Shown here: in pieces, positions 38,213 through 50,740 of the stretch
Position numbering within the stretch: the stretch's first letter is position 1
Layout: every line of letters starts with the position of its first letter
Source of the DNA: Camelus ferus
Taxonomy: Eukaryota
Length of the DNA stretch: 64,000 nt
Direction: 5' to 3'
Assembly: GCF_009834535.1 (NCBI RefSeq)
Contig: NC_045696.1
Coordinates: 73,100,001 to 73,164,000 of the forward strand
Program-made: the position numbers and the translations under genes
Notes under the pieces: model-generated
The model's database searches: none
Told to the model about the DNA's origin: nothing
Seen by the model: only the letters and a program-made list of their open reading frames with translations

Positions 38213-40029
38213 TATAATCCCCACGGATGAGGAAACAGGCTTCATGAGATTAAATTGCCAAAGATTACATGGTTAGCCAGGGGTAGATCTGGGGCTTACA
38301 TTCAGGTGGGTCTAACTTGAAGCCCATGCTCACAACCATTTGGTAGGCTGCATCTCAGTTTGTGTCTATGCCTCAGGAAGTGAAATTAAATCTCTCTTTG
38401 TTGTTAAGTTGATCCTCGAAATGCTGCAGACTGGTAACTTAAATCTCAAGGTGACTTTTCAAGATTTGATCACCCAGTAAGATGCTTTATACTGGCCAAA
38501 TAGGCCAAGAAAAAGAAACCAGTCTCTGCTTCATTTGTAGCTATGCAGACAGCTTCAACATAACAGCTTGCAAGTGATAATTTCTGTCTCTTTGTCCAGG
38601 AATCATCCTTCATTTTAGCTTATAATGAAAAAGGACATTTTTTTCATACAAAATAAGATCTTTCTTTCTGAAGACATTGCTTGGCCTGCTGTTTATTTCA
38701 CAAACAAAATACAATTTCTCTACTTTTAATAACTCAAGATGTTTCATAACTATGTCATGGTTTGAGATTTGAGAAGAAGCAAACAAGACCACACGAAGCT
38801 TAAAGCACAGAGCAATTTCATAAAAATATTTTTAGCAGTAAAGACCCACAAGACAGAAAGACAGAAAATGTATACATCCTTGATTCAGAATCCCCGTTTC
38901 TTTCTTTCTTTTTTTTTTTTCAGGTGGAGACAGCAGCTTTAAACATTGCCTTCCTTCTACATAGGACTTTACAGGCACAGTGTACAACTTCAGTTCTTGT
39001 GCTAAAAGCACTCTGAGTTATTGTTTTATGATTGTCTCTTGAGGCTGAGGGACAATGTTACTGGTAGTCTGAAAGAATGGGTTTTAATATAGGCATTTAG
39101 TTTTCTTTCCATATAGTCCCTAATTAAAACAAGGTTTGCCCCATTTTCTATTTTTCTTTAAAAAAAACCCCTCCTTACCCACACTAACAAAACAACATAC
39201 TGATTATGGCTGTGACTTTGGCTTTGACTGCTTTAAGTTTAGCTACAACTTGGATCTCTCTCTCATACTGTGTCCAGGCGTGAGTCAAATTTGGTTACAG
39301 TGACAGCATTTAACTTCTAGTTATAAAAAAAACTGTTTGTCCCCCAAAGTGTTAAACTGAATGGCGATACAGTTTATTGATATATTTAGTTGTTTTTTAA
39401 AACTAGTTGATAAGAATATAAAAAGAAATGTACTGTTCTTAGCAATTACTGAAATAATCAAAACATTTAAATTGATGAGGGCCTTGAACAGTCAAGAAAA
39501 AAAATACATATAAATTCAACTTACAGAAGTGGAGATTTGGGGCATTAAACGTTATTACTATTACTCATGGTAATATTATTATTGTTTCTGGGCTACAGAA
39601 ATAAAATGCTCTTTATTTTTTAAAAAGTCTAAAAAATACAGAGAAATACAAAAAAGAAAGTAAAAACATCTCAAATCCAACTTCTGAGATTGTTATAGTT
39701 TGGAGAGATTAGGGAAATTGCCAGAGAGTGACAGTTTGGATTCAAACCTAGGCTTAACTATAAATCACATGCTTTTTTTTAAAAACCATACTCTTGTTAC
39801 CTTTCCATTATCACTGCAAACTATACTCACTGGGCGCTAGATCAACAAATGTACTTTGATTTGAAAAGGGCTGAATATGGAATATTCTGGTGAGACTTAA
39901 CATGGACATAAACATAGACAGAAAAGAAAATGTTAAAATGTTCACACAAACTGGAAGCCTGGGCTTGGGTCCAGTTATTCATACACTAGAATAAATGTCT
40001 GAGTTGTGTTGGGATTACATGGTCAGTTC

Positions 40030-41420
40030 TAATTTGCTCAATTTCACTGACATGAGCTCTTGTACTGGATACCGTGTGAGGTATTTTATATACAGCATTT
40101 CTTCCCAGTAACTCTGCAAGTTAGGCATTTTTGGCACCTACTTAAAGATGGGAAAACTGGAGGTCAAATAGGTGTGGAGGCTTGTTCTGGCACATGATGG
40201 AGCTGAGGTATGTATCCAGGTCTGCGCCCCAAAGTTGCGTATCTGTGATATCTGAACAATACCTACCTGATCCCCATCCTCAAGTAACTGAGAGTCTACT
40301 AGGATATGAGATAATTACAGAAATAACTGGAACATAAGGAACAATATAAAAGAAACCATCCAAAGATACAAAGAGAGTGTTATAAGAATTCAGATTCAGA
40401 GACACATATCTAGATATGTGTGGGAGTTAGGAGTACGAGGAGATGAGAGCAGGAAAACACTTCCATTAAAAGCCTGGATGGGAAAAGAGACTTAAAGAAA
40501 GGATAAAGTGGATATGATGAAGGTTGACTAGAACAAAGGGGAATCAAGAAGAGGCAGTAAGAAATCTAATGTGTTGGCTACCAGAAGGTGTGAGTAGGAA
40601 GTGGGGAGAGCTCAAGTTAGAAAGGGGACTTTGGCTATAACGTTGAGGGTTTGGAGCTCAAGGGGAGGAGTTTGTCCCTAGTTCACCAAGCAGTGAGGCT
40701 CACTAGAAAGTTTCTGAGTGGAGGGAGACCTTAGGAAGATTGATCAGGCAGTAGTGTGGAGAGGAAGGATGCCAATTCATTGAAAGGCAATTCCCTTGGC
40801 TTTCAGTGAGATACATATTACTGTCTTTATTTTAAGGATGAAGAACCGAGGCTCATAGGTGCTAAGTAGCTCACCCCAGGGCATAGTAAACAGAAGAGCC
40901 AGGACTTGAATCAAGTCCCTCCAGCTCCAGAGCCTTACTCGGTCCACCAGGCCTAACTACTCCAAGTGAGGTCTGTGGACCTGCAGCATCGGCCCCATGG
41001 GCCACCTGAGAGCTCATTAGAAATGCAGACCTGCTGAATCAGAATCTGTGTTTTTGCATAATATATACACATTAAGGTACTAGGCCACATTTTTTCCCTT
41101 TATGATGACCTGTATAATTACTGGAAATATCATTTAGTTGGCTGCAAATCCAGTTGTCTGGGGAGTATATTAGGTAGTTCCCTCACATAAAAGATAAGAA
41201 ATACTAAGAAAAGGGGACCTGAATTTTGTTCTCACTGGCAAACAAGTCAGGAATTTAAAAACTGAAATTGTAACTAGCTGTGTGGCCTTGGGCAAGTCAC
41301 TTAACCTCTTTGAATTTTAGTTTCCTCACCTGCATAATACTTAGCCTGTAAGAATCAAATGAGATGGTATCTGTGGAAAGAGCTCATACACTGGAAATCA
41401 TTATAAATATATGAAGTGCT
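40030..41420. mobile_element. Mosaic of MIR, L2 and MER5A fragments
   Basis: MIR motifs at about 40030-40230, 40800-40950 and 41270-41420 (tagctgtgtggccttgggcaagtcacttaacctct); L2-like at 40270-40790; MER5A at 40955-41075 (ttagaaatgcagacctgctgaatcagaatctg). Confidence 0.75.
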
Positions 41421-41999
41421 GTTTTTAGGAGACATAACTCTGAAATGCCTTATTTAAAAAAAAAAAAAAGAAAAAAAAAAGGAAGGGGAGAGGGAGAAAA
41501 GGAAAGAAGGAAGAAAGGAAGGGTAAAAAAAGAGTCAGGGACAATACACAAAAGTTAACTGAAGGAAAACCAGCTTCACTGAAACAGGGGCATGGAGAAC
41601 TGATGGGGAAAAGCCCTACGGAGAAATCTAACTTCTGTTTCATATAGGTGTGTCTGCACTGCACATGAAATTGGAAAGAGTAACAAGGGCCTGTGTGGTC
41701 TTGGCCCAAAGTAACAAACTCGAGGCTGGTAAAGCCACAAAAAATAGTCATGTAGTAATTAGAGGAATGAAAAACAGTTCATCTGAGGAAAAATTAGTAT
41801 AGACTTTTAATCTTGAGCAGAGAAGCCTGCACGATGAATTAATAACGGAACATTTGTTGCCAATTTACTGCAGTTACCACATAAAATTAAGATACATTAA
41901 CTGATTTCAAGCAAGAGATTCTTTAGTTAGCCTAGACAGTGAGGGAGGTTAGACAACAAACATGTTAAAAAGAGATTATGGACTCCTCACTCCTAATTC

Positions 42000-42260
42000 T
42001 TTTGACATATATTTATTGAAGGTCTGATATTTGTCAGGCATTGTGCTAAGTGCTTGGGCTACAAAGTAACATAAAATACAGTTACTTCCTCAATTAAGTA
42101 ATAATTCAGCAGAGAAAAAGACAAGTTATTACAATGCAGGATAAAAAGTGAAAAGGTTCATAAAATGGTTACAAATAAGAGGGTATGAAAATTTGGAGGC
42201 AAGAAATTATTAACTTCAGATGTAGAAAGTATTAAGAAAGGCTTCCTGAATAAGGCACAC
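42000..42260 (-). mobile_element. L2 3' fragment
   Basis: atatttattgaagg..tgtcaggcattgtgctaagtgcttggg, aagaaaggcttcctg. Confidence 0.75.
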
Positions 42261-45200
42261 TGCATATTTTTGAACTTTTATTCTTTGGTCTTTCAAGAAT
42301 CAAGGACCCAGGGTAATCATCTGCTGAGATTCTTTCTCATTTTCTAATGCTGTGATTGTTATTATCATGCTATAAAATAACTGATTAAATTTTAATACAT
42401 TTGGAACTGAGGAACAACTAAATTAGGCACATTTTTTATTATTTTGGCATCACTTGACTATGGAAACCCATGTCTACATGATATTAAAAAAAGTTAAAAA
42501 AAAAAAAAAGGAAAACAAAAAACATACCTCAAATAGTTTTACCTCAGCCAAACAGCCAGTCAACTTATTGAGATATTAGTGTCAGTTCATTCTGTTAATT
42601 TATTGGTCCTATGCTGACACAAACATTTAAAGAGACTATAAATGTGCAAAAAACTAATCACTAATCAATCACCAACCCCATTCCCTCCTAACCCCCGTTA
42701 AATATTTCTGAGTCAGGGAAGGTGAAGTGATGGTTATAGTATGTACAATGCAGGTAGTTTATATAGAAGAAGCAGTTAAAATTTTTAATATAGATCACCA
42801 GGAGAAATCTGGGAAAAACTGCCTTACCACATGTTATAAAGTTTTGGCATATTCACTAAAAATCAAGTGGAACATATTTAAAGGGTTGTAGTATATGAAA
42901 TCTGCTAATCAGTTATACCACTTCAAGAATTAAAAGCTCAATACCTTAGAAAGAAGAAAATGAAAATCAAAAAATAATTTTTTTCCTATTTTTATAATTG
43001 CTCTAAGGCTAAGTAATACTCTTGAGATAATTTTAGAAGAACTTAGTACTATTAGACATACTAAAAATCTGAAGAGGGAGAAAAACCCTTTAAAATTTAT
43101 CAATTGATAGAATGGAATAAAGTGTTACTCAACAATTTTTTAAATGTAGTTTCACATGTCTGATAGATAAACTGAATTTTCAGGGGGAGTATCAACAAAT
43201 GCATAAGCTCTGGGTTTGCTGAACTTCTGAAGGACATGTGCCTATAATTGGCCTTTCTCATTTCTGTCTTGTTAACAAGTATATAAATAAGAGAAGGCTT
43301 CAGTAATTGGCTCAGAGTTACTAATGAATTAATTAACTTCAGTCTATTTTACCTAACCTTTAATAATAAGTCTTTTTTTTTTGGTCCAGCAATAGGTCTG
43401 ACAGACTGAAAAAACAGACATGCAGCAAAGCTCTTGAAAATTAATGAGAAACGAGGAAAGAATCAATGTACATTCTGCTTGCAGAGAACTGACACAAAAA
43501 AGACACAATAAACCATGAACAAACACAGTCAGTTTAAAAAATAGGTTAGAAAAAGTGGGCAAATTCAATTATAGAAGTAATTAGAAGATATAGGGAAAGG
43601 CTGCCTTTTGGGACTGTGCCAGAAAACATGAATTAATATGAGTGAATAGAAAGAACCCATGTAGTAATTAAGAAGCAATCACCTATGGCAATGAGTACCT
43701 GAAAACAGGCTGCAAACTATTAATTCAGTGATCAAAAATATTTTTAGATGATTAATATGGCAAAGTTATTTTAAAAGACTAATTTCTAGGAAGATATCAA
43801 GACAATAGCACACTATTTGTTCCTCTGGCATTTATATAGCTAATTAAATTTTATAATTTGCAACAACAGTCATTATTATCTGACAAACAGTAAAAGCAAT
43901 ATTTTACTCTTTTTTTTTTTAAACAGTGGCTCTAAAATCAATAAGTTAAATCCAGCTCCTGCTGTCCTCCTGTAAGTGCCTAAGCTTTGATTATTACATT
44001 CTTTCAGTGTGCATTTTTCTTATAAGTCTGTGTTTCAGTAATGTTAAGCATTTGAATTAATGTACATGTTCTCAGAGGTTTTATACGTTCCCATACCTGG
44101 GCAGGGATTCCACACGCTGTTTAATTTCAACACTATCAAATAAAAGCATTTTAACGTACTATTTGTGTATCAAAGACTTTCCTACTTGGTCAACAGAGGT
44201 CTGTTACTTCACTACACACCATTCCTCCTCCTAGAATACAAAGGCACAGACACGTTACAGTGAAGAGTGCTTTACAACACACAGAAGGCTAATGGCTTCT
44301 GAAATAGGTGATTATCAGAGCCCCATAGAGCAAGATGAGGGTCTGGCTGGTAATAAATAACCTCGCAATATGAATTATTCTATTTCCACAGCTTTAAGAA
44401 AACATACGTTTCATTTGTTGATCAGAAAAGTCTGGAAAATGCTGTCTTTTGGAAATAACAGGGAGCTACTAAAATGAATCAGTGTGTCAGCGGGGAGTTA
44501 TTGAGCACCTACTAAGGGACTAAGGCACAAAAGAAAATCCTGAAATGCGAACCTTGTAACAAATATTTGTGTGTGTGATTTCCTTTTGGAAGTCAGTAAA
44601 TAGAAACCCTTGTATGCCATGCCTTAGAAATGCTAGATTTTTAATTACTAAATTTGCTCCTGGATTATTGCTGTATAAATTCAACACTTAAAAAGCAAGA
44701 TCAAACTAGAAATGCATTGAGAGTCACTATTGCAGAGGACATGGAGGTAAGAAGTATGGATATTTGAGAAGAATAAAAATGAGAGATTTTAACAAGATAC
44801 CAAATTAAGTAGATATGAGGTCTGCCCAGTTCTTTCATTATCTGTATTTCTCTCACTTTCTTCACATGAACTAGGTGCTTTTGAAAACATGTAAGAGAAG
44901 ACAGCCTCTAGCAGAGATCTCTCATTCTCTGAGTTTGCTTCACGTTAATTATTAAAATTAAGGCATGACAACAGCAAACAAACAACTCCTCTGTTCGCTA
45001 GATGGTGGTGATGACTGAGAGCTCCCCAAGAGGCAGGCAGTTGGGAACTAGTGAAGTGAGTACATCTTAGAGGTGTGGGGTGAGGGGGGCTGCCAGCTGA
45101 ACAGGACCCACTCACCATGAAATGTTAACGTGTCAATGAAGGGGAAGAGCATGAATGAATCACAAAGGAACTGAAAATGACTCAGCTGGTTGGAGATGGA

Positions 45201-45369
45201 ATTTGGGCACTTTGCCAAAGTAAGGTGTTCAAGGGCAGACACCTTAACACCTAGGGGAAAAAAGGCTGTCCCCTGAATTTGAAAAGAGAAAATATTTTAA
45301 AGGAAGAAGACAAGTAGTTTTTTCATCAGAAATAAATTTCTTTCTTCTTTTTCTTCTTTCCTTCTTCCC

Positions 45370-45700
45370 TTCCATGCTAACATTTTCTGAGTTCCTACTC
45401 TTTGCTAGGTGCTGGGTTAGAAATTAAGAAGGAAGAGAGGGAGAATGGAATATAAAGATAAATGAGACACAACCACTCTTTCAAAGTTCTTATTCTAGAG
45501 AAAGGACACATGTAGGCACCTATAAGTAAAGAGAGTGAAATAAGTGCAGAAGAGAAGAAGAGGTAAGTAGTAGTGATGGTACAGAGGAAGGGGGCAATTG
45601 GCTGGGAGCTAGCATAGATCAAAAAGGGTTTCCATAGAAGAGGTGGCAATTATGCCTATCCTGAAGATAAATAGGCAGACAAGGAAGGGGAATTTCAGCT
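45370..45700 (-). mobile_element. L2 fragment
   Basis: aacattttctgagttcctactctttgctaggtgctggg, ctttcaaagttcttattctagagaa, aagggtttccatagaagaggtggca. Confidence 0.7.
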
Positions 45701-46017
45701 GGCAGGACTTTATCTTACCCTACCGTAATCTCTTAACTTACTCTTTTCCAAATCAAGGCTCTTTCAGGAAAAGCAAGTAGACAACTGTGATGTGTATATG
45801 TAAGGATGGTGATTGTGTATGTGTGGGGGAGGCAAGGGGTGTGAGAAGACAGAACGGGTGGTACAGGGTATCTTTAGAATTTATAATATGTTTTCCTCAT
45901 ATATTAAACTTTTGCCTCTTTCAGGTTAGTATTTTTTTTAAACACACTCTTTTTCAGTGTTTGAATGACATTTGGATCCTGTTTGTTTGGAAAATGTGAC
46001 TTTCCTATAGCTTTTAT

Positions 46018-46171
46018 GTCATTTTATGTTTAATTTTTAAAATATTTTTAGTTTATTTTTAGCAGGGGAGGTAGTTAGGTTTATTTATTTTTAATTGAGG
46101 TACTGGGGATTGAACCCAGGACCTCATGCATGCTAAGCAGGCACTCTACCACTGAATGAAACCCTCCTCAC
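46018..46171 (-). mobile_element. tRNA-Ala-derived camelid SINE (vic-1 type)
   Basis: gaggtactggggattgaacccaggacctcatgcatgctaagcaggcactctaccactga. TSD tcctatagcttttat (46003-46017) / tcctatagcctttat (46172-46186). Confidence 0.93.
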
Positions 46172-46577
46172 TCCTATAGCCTTTATTTTTAATGTTTGAT
46201 GGCTTAGTTATTTTTTCCAAAAGTAAGTCTTTTATTCTAGTTTATGGCTTGATGATTCCTGTGGATTATGCTATATTTATACATGCATCCAATTATTCCT
46301 TTTTTAATGTATCCTTTCCTTTTCTTGTTAAATAAATATTTAAGTACTTACTACATGATAAACATCCTGCTAGGCATGGTTCATTCTTTCCTTGCTTCTA
46401 GCTTGGAAATTATGCCATTTCTAATATGAAACATGGAAGTTATTTAAAATGCACTGATTAAAAGATCAGACTTACGCATATGATTCTATCTTATTCAGCA
46501 CAGGACATCAAAACTACTTGTGTTCTTGGCTGATATGTTGATCAGTGGAACCATGCATACTGGTCTATTTAGTTCTT

Positions 46578-47313
46578 TTTGGTGAAGTATAGTTGATTTG
46601 CAATGTTTCAGGTGTACAGAAAAGTAATTCAGTTATATGTGTGTGTGTAATATATATAGATATTCTTTTTCAGATTCTTTTCTGTTATAGGTTATTACAA
46701 GACAATGAATATAGTTCCCTGTGCTATACAGTAGGTCCTTGTTTATCTACTTTATACATATAGTAGTGTGTATCTGTTAATCCCAAATTCCAATTTATAC
46801 CCCCCCCTTTCCTCTTTGGTAACCATAGGTTTGTTTTCTATGTCTGTGAGTCTATTTCTGTTTTGTAAATAAGTTCATTTGAATAATGTTTTTAGATTCT
46901 ACATATAAATAATATTACAATACTTGCCTTTGACTTCACTTAGTATGATAATCTCTAGGTCTATCCACATTGCTGCAAATGGCATTGTTTCATTCTTCTT
47001 TATGGCTGAGTAACATTCCATGGCGTGCACGCACGTGTATGTGTGTAGGTATAACATCTTTTTTATTCATTCAGCTGTCGATAGACATTTAGGTTGCTTC
47101 TGTGTCTTGGGGATTGTGAACAGTGCTGCTATGAGCATTGGGGAACATGTATCTTTTTGAATTAGAGTTTTCTTCTTTTCCAGATACATGCCCTAGAAGT
47201 GGGATTGCTGGATCATATGGTAAGTCTGTTTTTAGTTTTTTAAGGAACCTGCATACTGTTCTTCATAGTGGCTGTACCAATTTACATTCCCACCAACAGT
47301 GTCAGAGGGTTCC
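46578..47313 (-). mobile_element. L1 3' end (truncated) with perfect 13-bp TSD
   Basis: gaagtatagttgattt, ccctgtgctatacagtaggtcc, gggattgctggatcatatggtaag, aatttacattcccaccaacagtg. TSD ctatttagttctt at 46565-46577 and 47314-47326. Confidence 0.96.
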
Positions 47314-47534
47314 CTATTTAGTTCTTAAGATGTTTTCAAAGAAGACTATAGAGCATATAGAGCAACAGCCTAGTTAAAGTAACTACAACAGGCTTATCTA
47401 TAAATGGAGAAGAATTTCCTGGCATAGGTCAGAAGTTTCCTACATACAAAACCAGACTTGTTCACTAGATATATAAAAACTAAGTCTCTATGTCCTTCCA
47501 GAGACTAAGAAGAGTAACTATCATGCATGGACAT

Positions 47535-47870
47535 TAATTCATTCAGTGGATTTTTAAAGTAGTACTCTGCTAGGAAGTAGGGATACAAAAATGATTAAAA
47601 CATGAGTCTTGTCCTTAAGGAACTTACTCCCATAAGTAGTAGATGAGTCAGATAAGTAAATCAATTATTATAATATAACTGATAAGGTATAAGAGTGCAG
47701 CATTCTATGAGAGCACAAGAAAGGATATCTAAATTAGATTGGGACAGTGGGGTAAGAGGATAAGATGCTAGAACTGAGTTTTTAGGAACAAGAATTTAAT
47801 TAGCTAAAGAAGGGAGACAAGGAAAGGTGATGTATAAAATACTATGATGAGCTTGGGAATGTCTTTTGGA
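47535..47870 (-). mobile_element. L2 fragment
   Basis: attcattcagtg, gggatacaaaaatgattaaaacatgagtcttgtccttaaggaacttac. Confidence 0.75.
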
Positions 47871-48384
47871 AAACTTACAAAGAATTGGCTCCACATTAAG
47901 AGAAGAGCGGGCGGGATGGTTAAAGTGTCCCTTGTACAGATCAGGCTTTCTCTGAGGTTGTCAAGGGCCTTGACTCATTTCCTTTTTCTTAACTCCTTTT
48001 CTTTTGCCCAAGGTTTTTGGACAGAGCCATATAGAAAGTCTTGTCTGTGGACATTTCAGAATTTGAAAGCTGCCTGTCTAGAGCGTACTGATGGGGTATG
48101 TCAAATAGGCATTCATGCCAACGACCTAGGTGAGAGCACAGAGTAACAGTAGTGGATGGGATCACAGCATACTTGTGTTGCCTCTGGAAGTTGTTTACGT
48201 CTGTGGAAATGGTTTCTTTTGTCTGAATTCAGGACCTTGAATAGGCTAGCTTGTTGCAAGGACCTCAGAATGTTTTCTACGTGAAGCATATCAAGAAAGG
48301 GAGTCAAGATAATTCTCAGGATTAGCTCTAGAGTATCACATGTTAAAGGTGTTTATTAGAAATGTCCACTTATTAAAAAAATTT

Positions 48385-48700
48385 TTTAAACCAAATTCTC
48401 TGCCTTTCAGGAATCAGCTTAATTGACTTTTTTTTCTGGAGAAGCTTTGCCTAACTTTGTGTATTAGGTCATGTCCCTGTGATGTATGCTTTCTCAGTAT
48501 CCTGCAGTTTTCCTTTGTCATACTTAGGCATCACCCCAATTAAATACTGAATTATGCAATCAATGCTTTCACAGCAGACTCTAAGTAGAATGTTAGCTTC
48601 ACGAGGGCAGGAACTGGGTTTTATGCTGCTTTACCTATAACACCTAGCAGCATTCCTGGTTCATAGCAGGCACTCAATACATATTTTTTGAATGATTCAT
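48385..48700 (+). mobile_element. L2 3' end
   Basis: tagaatgttagcttcacgagggcaggaac, cctggttcatagcaggcactcaatacatattttttgaatga. Confidence 0.82.
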
Positions 48701-50049
48701 TTACTCGTTATCCCAATTCCAGTGCAAGTTGAATGCAACAAGTTGAAGTGTAGCAGAGCTGCTAATAAGTAAAGCCAGATCTGTAGTTCCTAGAACTAAC
48801 TGGAACTCCCAGAAGTCTCTCAGAACTGACACTAGCTTCTTGGAGAGTTCAAATGATGGCCTGGGGTTACCTCCTTTTACTGCTCCACCTAGCCTCTCCC
48901 CATGGTATTTTGGCTCAAAACTAATCCAGCACCTTCCCATTCATCTGTGTCAGTGACTTGTTATTACTACTTGTTTTCCTTAGGCCACAGCTTCCTTCAC
49001 TACTAAGTGCCAAATATGCTGTGCCAAGCACTTGGGATAAAAGCATGAACAGGCATGGACCTGACCTCAGGAGAGCAGGAGGCTGCCATGGAGTGGCAAG
49101 ATTGGAGCAGGCCTCATCTGTCTCCAGGGAACCACAGCCTGTAATTATATTATAAGACCATTGCCCTTTTAGCTTGAAAGGATTTTCTCTCTGTTAAAAT
49201 GCATATTGCCCTGGAAATCATAACTCTTTTTAGCTGTTATTAACCACTTTTACCTTCATATGAATGAAGGGTCAAAGAGCAGGTTTTGGCCCAGAGGGTA
49301 GAGGGACAGAGAAAAGGTCTTTGGGAGTGTGAGAGGAAGAGGGACAGGAGTGCCAGTAGCTGGGAAAGGCGTAAAAATGAAATAGCCGGAGCAACAGCAG
49401 CTAGTACATAATAAGACATGAGGCAATGCTTGATGAGTAAATCAACTGCTTTCTTCACATTGGTTGAGGGCAGGTTCTACCTGAGGCTGTTTCTTTAGGT
49501 AGCTAGCAATTTCTGGTTGAGAAGAAGTTTACCACATAGGAAACAGATGGCTCTAGCTGTTTGGCATGGATGCCAAATCTCAATTACACCCACACTCTAG
49601 GACTTCACAGGGAGAACATACAAAATGTATTTTTTTCTTTTTTTTTTCTACCACCATGAATTCAAGAGGATTTCCATTTTCAGAACTGTTTTTAGACAGA
49701 TTCATACCCTGTTTTCAAAGGTTCCATGTAAGCTTGAGCTTAGATGCATATGCTGGGTTCTCTAAGTTATTCCAAACATTTTTTTTTTAAATCAAATAAA
49801 CTCCAATAGATTTAAATTGGCCATGAGAACTAGTGATGCTGTTTCAAAAGAGGACAGATACCATCCTGGTGTCTGAACACTAAGATTCTTTTCTATGTCT
49901 GTGAGTATAATGCTTACTTACACATACTAGCAAAGAACACAATTAGCATACTAATTTGATTCTCTACCTAAAGAATGAAAGATTCCTTTGACACAGACAG
50001 CTGTCCATGGATAGCTGTGGTGACCCTTGGTCAGTTTTCCATCTGTCTT

Positions 50050-50215
50050 GGAGTAAAAAGTCCAGACTTAGACACACATTAGTTGTATGACCTTGGGCAG
50101 CCTTCTTTTGTTGCTGTTTCTCAGTATCTTCACCTGTAAAATGGAAGTACATCTAATACCTGCCTCATGGGGCCGTAGTAAGAATCAAGTGAGCACCTTG
50201 CCCACAACAGACATG
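50050..50215 (+). mobile_element. MIR
   Basis: tagttgtatgaccttgggcag, cttcacctgtaaaatgg, aatacctgcctcatgggg. Confidence 0.82.
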
Positions 50216-50598
50216 CCATATTATTTTTTTTAAACTCTGGTCTGAATCTGTGTATTCTGAGGAAGTCTGTAGTAGGTCCAGGACTCTCTACTTCTACCTG
50301 CCTCTAAAGAGAGGGAGGTAGAGAAAGATTTTACTGAAACAATTTGGAGAGAATTCTACAGCCATGCAAAAGTCACTACTTCCTTTTGCCTTGTCTCCCA
50401 GGGATATAAGGCCCCAAGGATAGAGACAGGGAATGACTGCTGTCTGGGAATGTCTTAGGCCCATCTCCAGGATCATTGGCAGCTCTTAGGTCATCAGGTT
50501 GACAAATCTAAATAACACCAATTATAACTGCAGGATCATAATTTCTTGGTATCTCCCTATACTGAACTACGTTGTCTGCCCTTTTCCCTTCTTTAGAC

Positions 50599-50740
50599 CA
50601 GTGGGTCTCAATCTTGGTTACACACTGGAATCACTTGGGGAGCTTTAAAAATTACTGATGCCTGGGTCTCATTCTCAGAGATTCTGATTTAACTTGTCTG
50701 GGGTATAGTGTCAGTATTGGCCTTTTTAAAAGCTCTCCAG
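50599..50740. mobile_element. MER5B/MER5A1-type MITE (partial)
   Basis: cagtgggtctcaatcttggttacacactggaatcacttggggagctttaaaaattactgatgcctggg..cagagattctgatttaa. Confidence 0.88.

Noticed and set aside
46095..46170. tRNA-Ala gene (also at 8605-8679 and 22080-22154)
   Set aside because: Mutated stems, SINE tails and TSDs show these are SINE copies
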